Shown in pieces: positions 31,445 through 39,911 of a stretch of 64,000 bases of DNA (position 1 is the stretch's first letter; every line of letters starts with the position of its first letter). The position numbers and the translations under genes were made by a program. The stretch is from Cyanophyceae cyanobacterium (GTDB taxonomy: Bacteria > Cyanobacteriota > Cyanobacteriia > Cyanobacteriales > JBHJGN01): assembly GCA_050331735.1 (NCBI GenBank), contig JBHJGN010000019.1:90603-154602 (forward strand), given 5' to 3'. The notes under the pieces were generated by a model. That model saw nothing but the letters and a program-made list of their open reading frames with translations, searched no databases and had not been told where the DNA came from.

Positions 31445-32695
31445 GTGAGTGCGGAAATTATTTGTGTGGGAACGGAACTGCTGCTGGGCGATATTCTTAA
31501 CACTAACGTGCAGTTTTTGGCGCAGCAGTTGGCGAGCTTGGGGATTCCCCACTACCATCAAAACGTTGTTGGCGATAACGTTGAGCGACTCCGGCAGGTG
31601 ATAGAAATTGCCAGCGGACGGTCTGCGGTCTTGATTTTTACTGGAGGGCTAGGACCGACTCCTGACGACCTCACTACTGAAGTGATTGCCGACTTTTTTC
31701 AGGCTCCTCTTGTGGAAAGAGCGGATATTTTAGAAAACATTGCTCATAAGTTTGTGCTGCGGGGGCTACCGATGCCTGCTAGTAATCGGAAGCAGGCCCT
31801 GCTTCCCCAAGGAGCCGCTGTGTTACCCAATCCGACCGGAACAGCGCCAGGAATGATCTGGCAGCCCCGCGACGGCTTGACGATTCTCACTTTTCCGGGC
31901 GTACCTTCGGAAATGCGGCGCATGTGGCAAGAAACCGCCGTTCCTACGCTTAAAAGTCAAGGCTGGGGGGAAAAAGTCATTTATAGCCGCACACTCAAGT
32001 TTCGCGGCATCGGCGAATCGACATTGGCGGAAAAAGTCGCTCCTTTTTTCGAGTTAACTAATCCAACGGTCGCACCTTACGCCTCACAAGGAGAAGTCAA
32101 GCTGAGAGTATCAGTCCTTGCTGCTAACGAAGCCGAGGCGATCACGCTCATTGAACCCGTTGCCCAACAGCTCCGTAAGCTCGGTGGAGACGACTACTTT
32201 GGAGCCGACGACGATACGCTGGCTTCGGTAGTGGGACAACTTTTGCGGCAGTCTCATCAAACCTTAAGCGTTGCCGAATCTTGTACAGGAGGAGGTATCG
32301 GCGAAATGCTGACGAGAACTCCCGGCAGTTCCGACTATTTCTTAGGCGGGATTATTGCTTACGACAATCGCATTAAACAGAAGCTGTTAGGAGTGAGTGC
32401 TGATGCCCTGACTCGCTTTGGAGCCGTCAGTCCGGCGGTGGCTGAACAGATGGCATTGGGAGTGAAGCAGCAACTGCAAACCGATTGGGGACTGAGCATT
32501 ACTGGGATTGCTGGTCCCGGAGGCGGAACGCCGAGTAAGCCAGTTGGACTGGTTTATATTGGCTTGGCCGCTCCTAACGGTAGTGTAGAGAGCGTTGAGC
32601 ATCGCTTAGGGGAACGGCAGCGAGCAACTATTCGCACCTTCAGCGCCTACAATGCCCTAGAGCTGCTGCGTCGTAAATTGTTAAAAAAAGCTTAA
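31445..32695 (+). CDS. cinA: Competence/damage-inducible protein A (NMN deamidase)
   Basis: VGTELLLG, GGLGPTPDD, AESCTGG, GSSDYF, GIAGPGG. Confidence 0.95.
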   Translation: MSAEIICVGTELLLGDILNTNVQFLAQQLASLGIPHYHQNVVGDNVERLRQVIEIASGRSAVLIFTGGLGPTPDDLTTEVIADFFQAPLVERADILENIAHKFVLRGLPMPASNRKQALLPQGAAVLPNPTGTAPGMIWQPRDGLTILTFPGVPSEMRRMWQETAVPTLKSQGWGEKVIYSRTLKFRGIGESTLAEKVAPFFELTNPTVAPYASQGEVKLRVSVLAANEAEAITLIEPVAQQLRKLGGDDYFGADDDTLASVVGQLLRQSHQTLSVAESCTGGGIGEMLTRTPGSSDYFLGGIIAYDNRIKQKLLGVSADALTRFGAVSPAVAEQMALGVKQQLQTDWGLSITGIAGPGGGTPSKPVGLVYIGLAAPNGSVESVEHRLGERQRATIRTFSAYNALELLRRKLLKKA

Positions 32696-33062
32696 CTCTT
32701 GAGGCGCGGGATTCAAGAAATCTGTTCACTCCTTCGATCTTCCGGCAGTCTTTTTTCGACTAAGATTCTAGATGAGGAGGAGCAGAAAAAAAGACCGCCA
32801 GCAGCCTGGAAGGACTTGCTGACAAGGATTTTGAAGTTCTACTTTGCCCCTTCCCCTGGGGCTTTTCCCTTCTAACTAAAGGACGATGCTCGGATACGGG
32901 ATGTTTGTGCTAAGCTTAATATAAATACATAATCTTCCTAATCTGGTCGATTATCATAAAGAACAAAAAAGCACTCAAGAAAAGCATTTTTTTCACTGAG
33001 GTCTTTTTTAGATTCGCTAAAAAAATACTAGAAAGTACCCTATAGTAGGAGCCGCCTGTTCC

Positions 33063-33200
33063 ATGGATTTAGGAAAAATCGTTGAAAAGCTAAAAGAGTG
33101 GGCCCAGAAACTGATTGAGATTTTGCTAGGACCAGAGGCGGAACCGGAGCAAGAACTCATTCCCATTCCGGTTGACAAGCCCCAGCGCCGTCGCCGTTAG
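33063..33200 (+). CDS. 45-aa small protein missed by the ORF track
   Basis: MDLGKIVEKLKEWAQKLIEILLGPEAEPEQELIPIPVDKPQRRRR; AGGAG RBS; ends 2 bp before aroQ. Confidence 0.75.
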   Translation: MDLGKIVEKLKEWAQKLIEILLGPEAEPEQELIPIPVDKPQRRRR

Positions 33201-33202
33201 TC

Positions 33203-33667
33203 GTGCCCTCTCAGCGGGAGAAGCTCAGGATTCTGGTGCTTCACGGTCCTAATTTAAACCTGTTAGGACGCAGAGAGCCGCAAATTTACGGAACTCTAAC
33301 GCTAGACAACCTTAACCGCCTTCTCAAAGAGGAGGCGGAAATTCTACGAGTGCAAGTTTCCTGCTTGCAGTCTAACCACGAAGGCGCGTTAGTGGATGCT
33401 ATTCATGAATCCCTTGAGCAACACCACGGAATTTTGATCAACGCTGGAGCCTACACTCACACCAGCATTACCCTACGAGATGCCTTGTCGGCTGTCAAAA
33501 TTCCTATCGTTGAGGTGCATTTGAGCAACATTTACCAGCGGGAAGCGTTTCGCCATCATTCCTATATTGCTCCGGTAGCGCTCGGTCAAATTAGCGGTTT
33601 TGGTGCTCGAAGCTACATACTCGGATTGCAGGCTTTGGTTCATTATTTGAGAGAAAAAAGTTCTTAG
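33203..33667 (+). CDS. aroQ: Type II 3-dehydroquinate dehydratase
   Basis: LHGPNLNLLGRREPQIYG, QSNHEG, AYTHTS, EVHLSN, REAFRHHS. Confidence 0.96.
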   Translation: MPSQREKLRILVLHGPNLNLLGRREPQIYGTLTLDNLNRLLKEEAEILRVQVSCLQSNHEGALVDAIHESLEQHHGILINAGAYTHTSITLRDALSAVKIPIVEVHLSNIYQREAFRHHSYIAPVALGQISGFGARSYILGLQALVHYLREKSS

Positions 33668-33684
33668 CCGTTAGCCATTAGCTA

Positions 33685-33978
33685 TTAGTTAGTCAATTTG
33701 TAAAAAGCATCAACCCGGCTAAAAGGTTTCTTGAAGATAATAGCTGTGGGCAGATAGGTAAAGCCAATATCGGCAAGATTGCTGCGTAAAACATCCTCTA
33801 CTTCCTCATAATACTCACACTCAGAAATCGTCACGTCAATTTGGGGAAACGCCTGCCGGAACCGAGCGATAATTCGGGGAAGAATATGAGTATCAACGCT
33901 TCTAAAGCTTGCTACTCTAACCTGTCTTCCCTGTAATCCTCTGGCTGACTGTGCTTTTTTAGCAATGTCTTCAATCAA
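33685..33978 (-). pseudogene. LysR family regulator, internal fragment
   Basis: GLQGRQVRVASFRSVDTHILP..F...FPQI..ADIGF; HTH and most of the effector domain absent. Confidence 0.8.
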
Positions 33979-34356
33979 GCTCAGACAAGAAGTGCCCTAT
34001 TCTTAGGAACGAGCGTAATTTCTCTTGCCGCCGCTGCCTTTGGCTGTACTCAGACCATTGCTATTGTGCTGACGCAGCAGCTTATTCAAGACAAGTACAA
34101 ACAAGAACTGGATAGCCACCAATTAGCGGTTGATCTGGAAAATACGGCGGTGGCTTGGTCTCCGTTAATTCCCTGGAACATTGCCGAGTTAGTGCCTGCG
34201 ACTGTGCTGATGACCGATGCCAGCTATATTTCCTACGCGTTCTATGTATCTTTTCTGCCGCTGTTTAACTGGATTCAGTGCTGTCGAAGTCGGTCTCATC
34301 CAAGGCTAAAGGCTCTCCTTGAGAGAGCGCAATTAGACATTGTTTACCTTTGTTAA
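33976..34356 (+). pseudogene. NhaC-family Na+/H+ antiporter C-terminal remnant
   Basis: LFLGTSVISLAAAAFGCTQTIAIVLT...DLENTAVAWSPLIPWNIA...YISYAFY. Confidence 0.75.
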
Positions 34357-34460
34357 AAGAATTTAACTCTTTTTGGGGGTTTGCTTTAAAAGAAATTGCA
34401 AAGTTTGCCTCAACCTCCCCTCAACAGGTTAATCTCGCAAGCATCGAGAGAGGATGAATT

Positions 34461-36491
34461 ATGAGTCGAATCGAACAATTTCGCAATGTCGCTCTGGTTG
34501 GACCTTATGCGAGCGGCAAAACGACGTTACTAGAGAGCATCTTGTTTGTCACGCAGGCAACGACACGTAAAGGAAGAGTCAAAGACGGCAATACGGTGGG
34601 CGATAGTTCTCCAGAAGCCAGAGCCCGTCAGATGAGCGTAGAAGTTTCGGTTGCCAGCACAGAGTATCAAGGCATTCACTTTACCTTTCTTGACTGTCCT
34701 GGCTCGATTGAGTTTACCCAAGAAACTGCTCACGCGCTCGTCGGGGTCGGAGCCGCCATCGTCGTCTGCGAACCTCTTGTGGAGAAGGTGCTAACGCTGG
34801 CTCCTCTGTTTAAGTTCCTCGATGACTGGCAAATCCCACATCTAGTTTTTATTAACAAAATGGAGCGGGGACAAAGCCACTACACGGAAATACTCCACGC
34901 CCTCAAATCGGTATCGAGCCGTCCCTTAGTTCCCCATCAGTATCCGATTCGCCAGGGACAGAACCTTGTTGGCTACATCGATCTGATCGGCGAACAGGCT
35001 TATCATTACCACCCCGGAAGTCTTGCCGATCCGGTTCCGTTACCAGAAGACCTGCAAGAACAGGAAAAGGCAGCTCGCAACGAAATGCTGGAAACCCTCG
35101 CCGACTTTGACGACCATCTTCTCGAAGAACTCATTGAAGAGATTGAACCGACCCAAGAAGAAATTCTCCAGGATGTGAAAAAAGACCTCAGTGCCGATCT
35201 AATTGTTCCGGTATTTTTTGGGGTGGCTGAGCAAGACGCTGGCGTGCGTCCTCTGCTAGATGCTTTAGTCAAGGAAACTCCGCCCCCAACAACGACAGCC
35301 CAGCGACGAGGACTCACGGTAGCAGCGAACGGAGACACAATCCTACAGGTGCTGAAAACCTACTACACCCTTCAAGGCGGACGACTCTCCTTAGCAAGAG
35401 TGTGGCAAGGGCATCTAAAAGATGGCATGCTCCTCGACGGTGTTCGAGCGAGCGGCATTTATCGCCTGATGGGAGGACAGCAGGAGGCTGTTGCAGAAGC
35501 ATCTGTCGGAGCAATTGTCGCGGTTGGTCGTTTAGAAGGCGTTCAAACCGGGGACACGTTAACCAATTCAGATCAAAAGCAGGATTTACCCAAAGCCGAG
35601 CCACTTCAGCCGGTTTATGCGCTGGCGATCGCCCCCGAAAACCGCCAGGATGAAGTTAAGCTCAGCAGTGCTATGAGCAAACTTATTGAAGAAGATCCCT
35701 CTCTGTACTGGGAGCAGCACGGCGATACTCACGAAGTCATTTTGTGGGGACAGGGAGAAATTCACCTCCAGGTGACGCTGGAGCGGTTGCGCTGCAAGTA
35801 TAACTTACCGATGACGACTCACCGTCCGCAGGTTCCTTACCGGGAGACGATCCGCCACTTTACGGAGTGTCACGGACGCTACAAACATCAATCGGGGGGT
35901 CACGGAGCCTTTGGCGATGTTCATCTCGACATTAAACCGATGGCGCGCGGAGAGGGTTTTCGCTTCTACGAAACGATTGTTGGCGGCGTGGTGCCCAAAC
36001 AGTACATTCCGGGAGTAGAAATGGGAGTGCGAGAGTATCTCGAACGCGGTCCTTTAGGGTTTCCGGTTGTCGATGTCGAGGTCACCCTAACCAATGGCTC
36101 GCACCACTCCGTTGACAGCTCCGAGCAAGCCTTCAAACAAGCTGCCCGCATTGCCATGACGGAAGGAATGCCCCAGTGTCAGCCTGTCTTGCTCGAACCC
36201 ATCCTCTCGATTCAAGTATCGGCTCCGGCGGAGTTTACGTCTAAAGTGCTTCAGCTTGTCAGCGGACGACGAGGACAAATTTTAGGGTACGAAGCCCTCC
36301 CTGACTGGCAAGGCTGGGATCAAATATTGGCCTATTTACCGCAAGCGGAAATGCACAGCTTTATCATTGAGCTGCGGTCTTTAACAATGGGAGTTGGTTT
36401 CTTTAAGTGGCAATATGACCATCTCCAGGAAGTTCCTGAAAAGCTGACAGCAAGAATATTAGCAGCTAACAGCAATGGCAACGGAGCGTGA
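34461..36491 (+). CDS. Elongation factor G paralog (EF-G2/FusB type)
   Basis: GPYASGKTT, DCPGS, NKME, GQGEIHL, YKHQSGGHG, HSVDSSE. Confidence 0.92.
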   Translation: MSRIEQFRNVALVGPYASGKTTLLESILFVTQATTRKGRVKDGNTVGDSSPEARARQMSVEVSVASTEYQGIHFTFLDCPGSIEFTQETAHALVGVGAAIVVCEPLVEKVLTLAPLFKFLDDWQIPHLVFINKMERGQSHYTEILHALKSVSSRPLVPHQYPIRQGQNLVGYIDLIGEQAYHYHPGSLADPVPLPEDLQEQEKAARNEMLETLADFDDHLLEELIEEIEPTQEEILQDVKKDLSADLIVPVFFGVAEQDAGVRPLLDALVKETPPPTTTAQRRGLTVAANGDTILQVLKTYYTLQGGRLSLARVWQGHLKDGMLLDGVRASGIYRLMGGQQEAVAEASVGAIVAVGRLEGVQTGDTLTNSDQKQDLPKAEPLQPVYALAIAPENRQDEVKLSSAMSKLIEEDPSLYWEQHGDTHEVILWGQGEIHLQVTLERLRCKYNLPMTTHRPQVPYRETIRHFTECHGRYKHQSGGHGAFGDVHLDIKPMARGEGFRFYETIVGGVVPKQYIPGVEMGVREYLERGPLGFPVVDVEVTLTNGSHHSVDSSEQAFKQAARIAMTEGMPQCQPVLLEPILSIQVSAPAEFTSKVLQLVSGRRGQILGYEALPDWQGWDQILAYLPQAEMHSFIIELRSLTMGVGFFKWQYDHLQEVPEKLTARILAANSNGNGA

Positions 36492-36597
36492 AGACCGACT
36501 TGAGCAATCGGTTCCTGAGAACCTTAAAGATAAAACTGAGAGCGCAAGGTCGAATCTTCTGTGAGAGGGGGTGGAGCGATAATCCCTCTCTCTTGTT

Positions 36598-36680
36598 GCC
36601 TTGGTACAAAATTTCTTTGGCGGCTATTTCAAGCTCAGTCACCTTTCCTCGAGCATTTCTGCTGATTCGAGCATGAGAAA
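36598..36680 (-). pseudogene. Short relic of a clpP-like gene
   Basis: FSHARISRNARGKVTELEIAAKEILYQ aligns with LPNARI..GNAQGRATDLEIAVQEILSQ of the neighbouring ClpP-like gene. Confidence 0.5.
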
Positions 36681-36760
36681 AACGAGGCACAAGCTGACGA
36701 GTGTTTGGAGCGCTTGGTGTCAGGAGGATAGAATTGTAGCAAGAAGATTGGGAGCCTTGT

Positions 36761-37108
36761 ATGGCAAAGAATCAGTCTCGGGAACAAGAGTGGCAAAGGG
36801 CTGAAGAAACCCGGAGAAGGGCTGAGAGCGAACGAGAAACTCAGGCACGACAGAGACAGTCTGCTGAAGAGGAACGGCAGGTTAGGGAAGAGCAACGGCA
36901 AACTCACGAGAACTGGCGGCAGGAAAGCGAAACAGCAAGGCAAGAAGCCGAAGCCGCGCGAGCAGAAGCTGAAATTGCACGTCAAGAAGCCGAAACTGCA
37001 CGCCAAGAAGCAATAGCAGTACGGCGAATTCAAGAGGAGCAAGAGCAAATTATTGAAGAAATGCAGCAAACTCTCAAAGCCTATGAGACCCAGAAACAAA
37101 AAGATTAG
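36761..37108 (+). CDS. Charged coiled-coil protein (E/R/Q/A-rich)
   Basis: Heptad ARQEAET-type repeats; GGAG RBS. Confidence 0.65.
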   Translation: MAKNQSREQEWQRAEETRRRAESERETQARQRQSAEEERQVREEQRQTHENWRQESETARQEAEAARAEAEIARQEAETARQEAIAVRRIQEEQEQIIEEMQQTLKAYETQKQKD

Positions 37109-37193
37109 AATCAGCGACGCGGCATTCTTGTTGCACTAGAACGATGTTCGCGTTGCCAACACCGTATCTTCGCTCTCGTAGTTTAATAATAAA

Positions 37194-37799
37194 TTAACCT
37201 GATGCAGGAGGTTTAGTAATAATCTGGTCAATTAAACTGTAGGCTTTTGCTTCTTTGGCATTGAGAAAAAACTCTCTTTGCGTGTCGTGTTCGATTAACT
37301 CGACAGAACGACCCGTATTGGCAGCGAATATTCGATTAACTGTTTCTCTTTGAGACAAAATTTCTTGGACGGCTATTTCAAGATCGGTTGCTCTTCCTTG
37401 AGCATTTCCCGCTGGTTGCTGCATCCTGATACGAGCATTCGGCAAAGCATATCTTTTACCCTTGGTTCCCGACGACAGCAACAGTGCTCCTCCTAAAGCC
37501 GCCGCGCCCACACAAACCGTACAAACCTCTGCATGAAGCTGTTGCAGGGTATCGTGAATAGCGATCGCCGCCGCTACTGAACCGCCAGAGCTATTAATGT
37601 ACAAGAAAATATCCCGTTCTGACTCTGCATTGAGAAACAGCAGTTGGGCAATGATTTGATTCGCCGTTGCTTCTGTCAGTTCGCCTCGCAAAAAGACTAT
37701 TCTCTGCTCGAGGAGACGGGAATAAATATCAAAGGCTTGCTCTGTTTTGTTAATTAGTGGAAGATTGATGGGGATATCCGGTTCAAAAGGAGAGTTCAT
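37194..37799 (-). CDS. ClpP-family protein, predicted non-catalytic
   Basis: DIYSRLL..RIVFL, AQLLFL, LYINSSGG; triad positions read L/Q/E instead of S/H/D. Confidence 0.88.
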   Translation of the reverse strand: MNSPFEPDIPINLPLINKTEQAFDIYSRLLEQRIVFLRGELTEATANQIIAQLLFLNAESERDIFLYINSSGGSVAAAIAIHDTLQQLHAEVCTVCVGAAALGGALLLSSGTKGKRYALPNARIRMQQPAGNAQGRATDLEIAVQEILSQRETVNRIFAANTGRSVELIEHDTQREFFLNAKEAKAYSLIDQIITKPPASG

Positions 37800-37863
37800 T
37801 ATGTTTATCTCCGTGCAAATCTAAGTTGGTAACGTTTCAAGTATTTGCTGATCTTCTGGGTGT

Positions 37864-38709
37864 TCAACTGTGCTGTTGACGAGCAAGAGAGTGCTTCACC
37901 TGAGTTACATCTACTTCAGGCATATGTAACTCAACTAATGCTACTGTTTCAGCTATTAATTCTTTAAGCTGGTGAACAGTAGATAAAGGTTCTTGATGAT
38001 AGAGACTTTCAAGCCGTTCATAGAGATTTTGGGGAGCAATATTCATCTGGTCGATGAACTGTTTCATCCGTTTAAACTGAAACGTCGTATAGTACATGCG
38101 ATTTAGTCCCGCTAGAATGCCCAAGATATTTTGTCCGGCTTCTAGGCGTACTTGATGCTGAAAGAGTGTAGTATCTCTGGCAGCGAAGTTTTCCTGTAAA
38201 GCCCACAACGGGAAAAAACTCAAATAATTTTCCACCATTGCCTGTGCCAAAGCGTCTGGATAGTCAGCAATCTGCCTCTTCCATTGGGAAATCAGCGCCT
38301 CGCCGTACAAAGGAATACAGTTAAGCATTCCCGAAAGCGCTTTTTGTAGGGGAGACACGTCCAGTTCTTGAAGGACTGTTCTTATGTCTTGTTCCCAAAA
38401 CGCAATGGTCATGTTGCCGATTTGGAACTCTACACCATCGACAAAATAAAATTCGCCAAAAAAACCATCGCTGCGATCGCCTAAAGTCAATGTTGGTTCA
38501 GAACCAAGATTTTGCTGGCGGGCCAATTGGAGCTTTTCGATAGCAGGCAGTTCATCGTAGTAAATAAACATCTCTACATCCGAATAGCAATCCGCTTGCC
38601 CTTGAGCAACAGAACCCGTCACCATTGCGGCTTTGGCTTCGGGATTAGCAATGTAGGCTTTGACGCTTCGTTGTGCCAAATTAAAAAGGTATTGACTCGC
38701 TTCGTTCAT
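37864..38709 (-). CDS. Pol-beta-like nucleotidyltransferase domain protein (DUF4037-like)
   Basis: TGSVAQGQADCYSDVE motif, helical C-terminal domain; ATGA overlap with upstream gene. Confidence 0.7.
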   Translation of the reverse strand: MNEASQYLFNLAQRSVKAYIANPEAKAAMVTGSVAQGQADCYSDVEMFIYYDELPAIEKLQLARQQNLGSEPTLTLGDRSDGFFGEFYFVDGVEFQIGNMTIAFWEQDIRTVLQELDVSPLQKALSGMLNCIPLYGEALISQWKRQIADYPDALAQAMVENYLSFFPLWALQENFAARDTTLFQHQVRLEAGQNILGILAGLNRMYYTTFQFKRMKQFIDQMNIAPQNLYERLESLYHQEPLSTVHQLKELIAETVALVELHMPEVDVTQVKHSLARQQHS

Positions 38710-39239
38710 GATTTTTTTGGCAGTGTTTCCATTAAGTTGGCAAGGCGATACTCCCACTCCTCTTTTGTGGCTAAATCAATAACACAGTCGTTCGCTGCTT
38801 TTAGTCTGAGCGTATTAATCGAGGGGAGATTAAATGTCAGTGCAGAAGGACTCCAATTAGACTCGTACAGGAACGGATTGCGAATAGCCTCTGGTTCTAG
38901 CTGCTGTCCCTGTAGCGCGACGGCGAAGCCATACTTCTGATGCGTTAACTGTAGCTGCGTTCCGTCCTCTACTGGTGTTAGCGTCCAGATCACCAGCGTC
39001 GTCTCACCCGTCATATCTTGCCAAGTGTAGGCAAGACGTTTGGGAGCAACGAGTTCTACAACCTCGCATTCAATCGCCTCTAGTCCCGGTAAAGAAGGTT
39101 CAAACCTGAATTTATGCCCCAGTTTCGGTTCAAAATCATTCTTCATCATCCAGGTATTTAAAGCGCGGCGATCCACTAACGCACTCCACACCCGCTGCGG
39201 TGGATGAGGATAAAAAACGCTTAGCTTGACTTCTCTCAT
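38706..39239 (-). CDS. SRPBCC/AHSA1 domain protein
   Basis: YPHPPQRVWSAL..WMM..FEPKLGHKFRF..CEVVELVAPKRLAYTW..GTQLQLTH. Confidence 0.9.
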   Translation of the reverse strand: MREVKLSVFYPHPPQRVWSALVDRRALNTWMMKNDFEPKLGHKFRFEPSLPGLEAIECEVVELVAPKRLAYTWQDMTGETTLVIWTLTPVEDGTQLQLTHQKYGFAVALQGQQLEPEAIRNPFLYESNWSPSALTFNLPSINTLRLKAANDCVIDLATKEEWEYRLANLMETLPKKS

Positions 39240-39559
39240 GCATTGTCCTCCAAATAGTCCTCTAGGGCAGCGAGTTTTTCTTGCCAGAACTGCTCGTAGT
39301 GACCCACCCAATCAGACACCTGCTGCAACGGTTCTGAATTGAGCCGATAAAAACGCTGCCGTCCGACTCGCCGCTGCTGGACTAATCCTGCCTCACACAA
39401 CACGCTGAGATGCTGCGATACGGCAGGTAAAGACATTGCAAACGGCACTGCTAGTTGTTTAACAGGCTGTTCTCCCTGACGAAGCTGATCTAAAATGGCT
39501 CGTCGCGTGGGGTCGGCGATCGCCTGAAACACATCGGCGCTGGCAGAAATTCGGCTCAT
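39236..39559 (-). CDS. ArsR/SmtB family transcription regulator
   Basis: FQAIADPTRRAIL, MSLPAVSQHLSVL..AGLV..RVGRQRFY. Confidence 0.93.
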   Translation of the reverse strand: MSRISASADVFQAIADPTRRAILDQLRQGEQPVKQLAVPFAMSLPAVSQHLSVLCEAGLVQQRRVGRQRFYRLNSEPLQQVSDWVGHYEQFWQEKLAALEDYLEDNA

Positions 39560-39569
39560 ACACAAACAA

Positions 39570-39623
39570 TTAAGATTTTCCTTAACTATACTAATAATAG
39601 GTAAGTAATTACTTAAGTGTCAA
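39570..39623 (-). promoter_or_regulatory. Sigma70-type promoter with two TAAG-N6-CTTA operators (putative ArsR autoregulation)
   Basis: Minus-strand TTGACA-N18-TATTAT; perfect palindrome taagtaattactta (39602-39615) in the spacer; second box at 39571-39584. Confidence 0.7.
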
Positions 39624-39671
39624 GGGTAACGGGCAGCGTTCAGGTTGGCTAAAAATTCAATCTGAGTTTTG

Positions 39672-39715
39672 TGTAGCATTTAATACACTTCTCTTTTGGG
39701 AAAAACCTGTACTCT
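39672..39715 (+). promoter_or_regulatory. NtcA-activated promoter
   Basis: tGTAgcatttaaTACa (GTA-N8-TAC at 39673-39686), then TActcT -10 box 23 nt downstream. Confidence 0.8.
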
Positions 39716-39737
39716 GCTACTGTGAATAATTATTTCG

Positions 39738-39845
39738 AGCGCTTCTAGGGTTCCGATTTAAAGCTCCTTTAAATGTCTGGTCCGAGAGAAGCAGGCTATC
39801 TCTTCAAGGAAGATAGCTCCACGGCGGGAAAAAAGCCCGGGAGGA
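39738..39845 (+). ncRNA. Guanidine-I (ykkC-yxkD) riboswitch
   Basis: gcttCTAGGGTTCCG...GGTCCGAGAGaagc, stem gctatct/agatagc, CACGGCGGGA-AAAAGCCCGGGAG; upstream of gdmH. Confidence 0.93.
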
Positions 39846-39885
39846 TTTGATGCTGAAATAGTATCGCTCTTCTTGGGTGTTTTTT
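39835..39885 (+). terminator. Riboswitch expression-platform terminator
   Basis: gcccgggagga can pair (with G-U) with tcttcttgggt, followed by a T6 run. Confidence 0.7.
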
Positions 39886-39911
39886 ATTGATAGGTAAGCG
39901 GAGGAATTTTA

